DNA of 64,000 nucleotides from an uncultured Pseudomonadota bacterium (GTDB lineage Bacteria; Pseudomonadota; Alphaproteobacteria; Rs-D84): NCBI GenBank assembly GCA_949296475.1, contig CASFOK010000001.1, positions 20,535 to 84,534 of the forward strand, read 5' to 3'. Shown piece by piece: positions 59,457 to 64,000 of this stretch (position 1 is its first letter; each line of letters starts with the position of its first letter). The notes under the pieces were generated by a model. It saw only the letters and a program-made list of their open reading frames with translations, ran no database searches and was not told where the DNA came from. The position numbers and the translations under genes were made by a program.

Positions 59457-59756
59457 ATGGCAGATGATATAACGTATGATATATTTCCAAATGGGTTGGG
59501 TTTTTATGCCAATTGTGACGGACAGCATGTAGGAGAGATAACTTTCGTTCGCGTCGGAATTGACAAGTTAATAATAGACCATACAGATGTATCGGAAAAT
59601 TATAGAAATGAAAACATCGGCATAAATCTGGTACGCCACGTTGTTGACTTGGCCAGAAATCAAAACCGTAAAATAATCACGATGTGTCCGTTTGCAAAAG
59701 CAATGTTTAGTAGGTACCCAGAATTTGATGACGTAAGATTTTTACATACAAGATAA
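59457..59756 (+). CDS. small GNAT-family acetyltransferase (YjdJ-like)
   Basis: 99 aa with a GNAT core. Confidence 0.55.
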   Translation: MADDITYDIFPNGLGFYANCDGQHVGEITFVRVGIDKLIIDHTDVSENYRNENIGINLVRHVVDLARNQNRKIITMCPFAKAMFSRYPEFDDVRFLHTR

Positions 59757-59791
59757 AAAAACGCTTTTATACATTTTCATTTTACTTTACT

Positions 59792-61204
59792 ATGACAACC
59801 AACGGGAGAAAAAGTATGAATAAAAAAATAAAGTCTTGGTTGGTCTTTCTAATTTTCTTAAATGGTTATGTTAGTTTGTCCTTAGAGTTGGTTGTATTGC
59901 GTCAATTATCTTTTTATGTTGGTTCCAGCGCGGTTATTACCAGCATAATTATGGGGATATTCTTAGGTTTTATGTCGCTGGGATATTTTTTGGGGTCGTC
60001 GGAAAAAATTAAGAATACCGGTATCAGAAAAATATTAAGTGCCAGTTTCTTGGTCATTGCGTTATTCGCTTGTATGGCGTCCAGTTTTCATTTAATTACT
60101 AGTTATTTTGTTATTATGTATATGGGCGGCATTACGTCCAGCGTTATTCAGACGTTTATTTATTCTTTTGTATTTTTATCGGTTGGACCGTTTTTATTTG
60201 GCTTTAATACCACATTGTTATCCAGATGGTTGCATAAATATAATACGAATTATACGGGTAACATAATGGCGTGGGATACTATTGGTTCTGTTATGGGGTC
60301 TTTGGCCACTACATTAGTATTGATGCCTTTTATTGGGGTAAATTATACGGTTATGTTAATTGTTTTATTGTCGGTTATTGCCGCGGTTGTTACATACAGA
60401 AAACTTGCTGTTTTTATATTTGGGATATTGATATTGATTCCGACAATTTATATCAACAGCGATTGGTTCCAACGCAAGAATTATGGAATTTTAGTAAATA
60501 ACGCAAACTCAACGATATCGGTGTCGGATATAGATGGTATGCGCGTGTTAAACATGAACGGTCTGCCGATGTCCATATATGATGTTAATAACGGTTCAAT
60601 GGCGGATTATATAAATTATATTAATAATCATTTTATTTATACAATGCCGACGGATAAAATGCACAAGATTTTGGTTCTTGGGGCGGGTGGTTTTACCGCT
60701 GGTTTGCAAGACACTTTTAATGATTATACTTTTGTGGATATAGAACATACTTTGAAAGACGTTTCGGAAAAATATTTTTTAAATCAGAAGTTGACGCCTA
60801 ATAAGAAGTTTATTGTCCAAGATGCCAGTCAATATTTGAAAAATACCGATGAACAATATGATTTAATCATATTGGACGTTTATTCCAATTCGTATCAAAT
60901 ACCCGAAGGGCTAATAACGGCAGAGTTTATGGGGCGTTTAAAGTCTCGTGTTGGACCGAACGGCATAATTGTTATGAATATGATAATGAGTCAAAGTTTT
61001 AACGATAAATATTCGCAGGTTTTTGACAACACGTTTCATACCGTTTTCCCAAATAATACCCAACGCCAAGTCATAGGTTATGGAAACCCTTGGGTAAATG
61101 AAGATGTGGTTAATATTCTATATATTTATTATAACCGTGAAAACACCGGACGAATATATACCATCAACAAAACGCCTGTTATTTATGATAGATATGCGAA
61201 ATAA
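59792..61204 (+). CDS. membrane protein fused to a spermidine-synthase-like (aminopropyl/methyltransferase fold) domain
   Basis: N-terminal 7-8 TM segments. C-terminal ILVLGAGGF...LIILDVYSN motifs. Confidence 0.6.
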   Translation: MTTNGRKSMNKKIKSWLVFLIFLNGYVSLSLELVVLRQLSFYVGSSAVITSIIMGIFLGFMSLGYFLGSSEKIKNTGIRKILSASFLVIALFACMASSFHLITSYFVIMYMGGITSSVIQTFIYSFVFLSVGPFLFGFNTTLLSRWLHKYNTNYTGNIMAWDTIGSVMGSLATTLVLMPFIGVNYTVMLIVLLSVIAAVVTYRKLAVFIFGILILIPTIYINSDWFQRKNYGILVNNANSTISVSDIDGMRVLNMNGLPMSIYDVNNGSMADYINYINNHFIYTMPTDKMHKILVLGAGGFTAGLQDTFNDYTFVDIEHTLKDVSEKYFLNQKLTPNKKFIVQDASQYLKNTDEQYDLIILDVYSNSYQIPEGLITAEFMGRLKSRVGPNGIIVMNMIMSQSFNDKYSQVFDNTFHTVFPNNTQRQVIGYGNPWVNEDVVNILYIYYNRENTGRIYTINKTPVIYDRYAK

Positions 61205-61285
61205 ATATTTTTACGCTTATGTGTAAAAAGGTCTTGCACCATTCAGGTTAGATTTTTATAATTTTAAACAATAAAAGGAGAAGTT

Positions 61286-61861
61286 ATGAAGAAGTTATTA
61301 GTTTTTGCTTTGGTTGGTTTAGGGTTGTTTGGCGGTGCAAATGCAGCAGATATTACGATTTATTATTCGCCGTCTTGTCCGCATTGCCATCACGCGCAGG
61401 AATTCTTTGCGAATACCATGATATATGAATACCCTAAATTACGCGTTGTCCAAGTTAATGTCATGGACCAGCAAAATTTACCGCTATTTCAAGACGCGTT
61501 AAAAAAGTGCAAATATGAAAGCGGGGGCGTCCCAGTCATTGTTGTCGGCGATAAATGCTTTCAGGGTTATGCGGACTTTATGGCCCAAGATTTGCGCGAT
61601 GCCGTAGAAGTAGATTTGTCCGAAGAAGATAAAAATGTCGCAAAAGAAAATAGAAAGTCTTTGGAAGCCAAGCCAGATGACTTTAAGGCAAGAAATGCCG
61701 CGCGTCGTCAGGCAATTAAAGAATATAACGCGAACGTCCAGAACCAGGAAGTTGAAAAAAAAAATAACAATGGTTCACCGGTTTACTTCTATATATTCTT
61801 AGCGGTATTGGTTGTTGCGCTGGGGGTAGTTTTGGTAAGGAAAGACAAAAATAAAAAATAG
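61286..61861 (+). CDS. periplasmic thioredoxin/glutaredoxin-fold protein (CPHC) with C-terminal TM anchor
   Basis: Signal peptide. YYSPSCPHCH active site. C-terminal hydrophobic helix followed by KDKNKK. Confidence 0.6.
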   Translation: MKKLLVFALVGLGLFGGANAADITIYYSPSCPHCHHAQEFFANTMIYEYPKLRVVQVNVMDQQNLPLFQDALKKCKYESGGVPVIVVGDKCFQGYADFMAQDLRDAVEVDLSEEDKNVAKENRKSLEAKPDDFKARNAARRQAIKEYNANVQNQEVEKKNNNGSPVYFYIFLAVLVVALGVVLVRKDKNKK

Positions 61862-61881
61862 TAAAAACATCGGAATGTATC

Positions 61882-62697
61882 ATGTTTGATTTAACTGTTC
61901 TGGATTATATTTATATCGGTGTGATATTGGCATCTACTATTTGGGCCAGTATTCGCGGTGGCGTTTATGAAACTGTGGCTACTTTATCTTGGGTGGTTGC
62001 CGCCATTACTGCCAGGTTTGTATCGCCAATGCTAGACGGTTTGTTGCAGAATTTATTTAATCTATCTGCCTCAACGGTTAGTACATTGGTCGCATCTTAT
62101 TTCATTGTTTTCTTTGTCATATTGTTGTTGGTGGGTTTCGTAAACCAAAAATTACGCGACAGAATCCAAGAAAGTATGATGAAGGTTACAGATCACACTT
62201 TGGGGGTAATATTTGGTATAATACGCGGCATAGTTGTAATGGGAATAGTATATTGGATTGCATTATGGTATTTCTCAGATAGTCCCGCATTACCAAAATG
62301 GGTTGCCGATGCGCGAACAAGACCGATAATGCAGTTAACCGCGGTTAAGTTAGATAAGTGGTTTGTACCGGGTGAAGAAAGCCAACTTTTAAAACGCGAC
62401 ATGACGGGCACCCAAGAAGCCATTGAAATATATCAAAATTTAATAAATCCGGCTGTTTCCGATGATAAAAAAGAAACGAAAGATAACGAAAAATCTGCCG
62501 ATAAAGCAAAATCAGATGGGGAAAAATCTGATGCAAAATCAGAAGAAACCGGTTATAAATCTTCTGAACGTACAGCGCTAGAAAATCAATTGCTACAAAT
62601 AGAAACCGCTGCGCGTGCAGAAGAAGAACGGGCCGAAAAGCAAGAACAGCCCGTTGAATCTGATAATTCATCAGATGTCGCGCCAACAGAACAATGA
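61882..62697 (+). CDS. cvpA: CvpA-family membrane protein with a long charged C-terminal tail
   Basis: N-terminal CvpA TM core. The C-terminal roughly 90 aa is rich in K/E/D/S. Confidence 0.65.
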   Translation: MFDLTVLDYIYIGVILASTIWASIRGGVYETVATLSWVVAAITARFVSPMLDGLLQNLFNLSASTVSTLVASYFIVFFVILLLVGFVNQKLRDRIQESMMKVTDHTLGVIFGIIRGIVVMGIVYWIALWYFSDSPALPKWVADARTRPIMQLTAVKLDKWFVPGEESQLLKRDMTGTQEAIEIYQNLINPAVSDDKKETKDNEKSADKAKSDGEKSDAKSEETGYKSSERTALENQLLQIETAARAEEERAEKQEQPVESDNSSDVAPTEQ

Positions 62698-62801
62698 AGT
62701 TTTATGAATTTTGTATAAAGACAGATACCTAGGTTTTTGTTCTTAGTGATTTTAATGTCATTTTATCTAACAATATATTCTGTATAAATACAGGATATAA
62801 G

Positions 62802-63554
62802 ATGAAAAAAAATATTTTATTTGCTGGGGTTATGTTAATAGTTCCTTTTTCTGCGTTTGCAGACAGTGCTGTTAAGGGGGTTAACCCCGCCGATAACGTT
62901 ACCAAAATGGAATTATTGCCAAGTTTGAATGTCATAGATGCGCAAGGTAAACCATCTGTCACAACCTTGGGGTTGAAATATGATAAAGAGTTGTACAAAA
63001 TTTTCGGTATAAATTTTGAATTACCATTAAGCCATTTTTCCGGTTATGGCGTGGCAGATAATGGTATAGGTGATTTAAGAGTTCGCGGTCGTGCGCAGTA
63101 TCGGTTTGGCAGAAATGTATTTATTGGTGCAACAGAATTTATTTTGCCAACTGCAACTGCGGACACATTAGGCACGCGTCAATATACATTTGATCCAACT
63201 CTTGCCTATGTTTATGCTTTCAGTCCAAATTTCTTTACGGCGTTGGTTGGAAAACAGTTCATTTCGTTGTATAATCTGGAACCGGAAAAGTATCAAGACA
63301 CGAATCAGACGCAGGTTCGTATGTTGGTTGGGTATTTATCAAACGACGGTTGGTGGACGGCTTTGGACCCGCAGGTATGGGTAAATAATGAAGACGGTCG
63401 CATAGAATACTTGATGGAAGGCGAAGTTGGTACTATGCTTAATAGGACAACGGGTGTTTGGACCAGAATAGGCAAAAGGCTTGGTGGCGATTGGCACAGA
63501 AACGATTGGACTGTGTTATTAGGCATCAGGTTTATTCCAGGTCAAAAGGATTAA
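62802..63554 (+). CDS. putative outer-membrane protein (250 aa)
   Basis: Signal peptide MKKNILFAGVMLIVPFSAFA and a beta-rich alternating pattern. Confidence 0.45.
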   Translation: MKKNILFAGVMLIVPFSAFADSAVKGVNPADNVTKMELLPSLNVIDAQGKPSVTTLGLKYDKELYKIFGINFELPLSHFSGYGVADNGIGDLRVRGRAQYRFGRNVFIGATEFILPTATADTLGTRQYTFDPTLAYVYAFSPNFFTALVGKQFISLYNLEPEKYQDTNQTQVRMLVGYLSNDGWWTALDPQVWVNNEDGRIEYLMEGEVGTMLNRTTGVWTRIGKRLGGDWHRNDWTVLLGIRFIPGQKD

Positions 63555-63573
63555 TAACAAAAAGGGGGGCGCA

Positions 63574-64000
63574 ATGTTTATGAAAACAAAAATATACGGA
63601 ACGGTCTTAGCAGTTTATGAAATTTTTGCTGTATTATTTTTACACTTTAAGAATTCTTGTTCCAGCATCTTTACGACTGGATTTTGTTTAGATAGCGTTG
63701 CAAAATATTTTATATTTTGCGTGGCGTTACCTATATTGGTGTTTCTGATATTTATGTGGATTGGCGAAATAAGAAAATATATTCGTCGTCGCCACTCGTT
63801 ATTATACAGGGCAAAAAGTGCGGTGCAGGATATGGCGTCCGAACTTAAGTACAAGGTTACACAAACGGTTTCGCCGCAATATATTGAAAAGTTAATAGCG
63901 GCGATGTTATTGGTTGGGGTTCGTAAATACGCAGATAAAAATCCAAAAGCGCGTGAAATTTTAACAGAAATAATCGGGTTTGATATCGTCGGCGATGATG
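63574..64000 (+). CDS. hypothetical membrane protein, 3'-truncated by the window end
   Basis: ATG with an upstream GGGGG RBS. Two predicted TM helices. The frame is open to the window end. Confidence 0.35.
   Translation, partial: MFMKTKIYGTVLAVYEIFAVLFLHFKNSCSSIFTTGFCLDSVAKYFIFCVALPILVFLIFMWIGEIRKYIRRRHSLLYRAKSAVQDMASELKYKVTQTVSPQYIEKLIAAMLLVGVRKYADKNPKAREILTEIIGFDIVGDD

Overview
AT-rich window with alphaproteobacterial hallmarks: GapR (DUF2312), rpmF-plsX-fabH-ihfA synteny, and tRNA-Trp-secE-nusG-rplKAJL-rpoBC. Gene content overall suggests an obligate intracellular or symbiotic Rickettsiales/Holosporales-like lineage; this is inference. The backbone is housekeeping. It reads, in order: pyrG (5' partial), RNHCP, gapR, pyk, dacC-SPOR, recR, rsmA, kefB-like, lspA, yidC, a compact minus-strand VirB8-VirB9-VirB10 type IV secretion core, tRNA-Trp, secE, nusG, rplK/A/J/L, rpoB, rpoC, rpmF, plsX. 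A roughly 10 kb block then lies between plsX and fabH, bounded by a tRNA-Arg(CCU). It carries a Chlamydia-Pmp-like autotransporter, an orphan mraZ, a 785-aa Thr-rich/Cys-rich secreted protein, galE, a PLD-family lipoprotein and an orphan MerT-like protein. After it come fabH, ihfA, an M13 peptidase, hemW, an OMP, an MltB-like lytic transglycosylase, a small phage-tail-fibre-like (Mtd_N/tail-collar) protein, and an 8-gene minus-strand glycan locus (4-5 GTs, 2 SAM-MTases, wecB). The window ends with olsBA, an archaeal-type proS, ldh, a GNAT, a membrane-fused spermidine-synthase-like protein, a tail-anchored thioredoxin-fold protein, cvpA and an OMP. The most unusual signal is the T4SS core. VirB9 carries a roughly 210-aa C-terminal extension ending in a SPOR-like module. 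VirB10 carries a PEPEPQ tandem repeat plus a roughly 225-aa Cys-rich extension beyond the canonical VirB10 C-terminus. The Cys motif of that extension, TCP-x3-4-GT-x-P-x-C, recurs in the 785-aa secreted protein in the island. No CRISPR, IS elements or integrases were seen.
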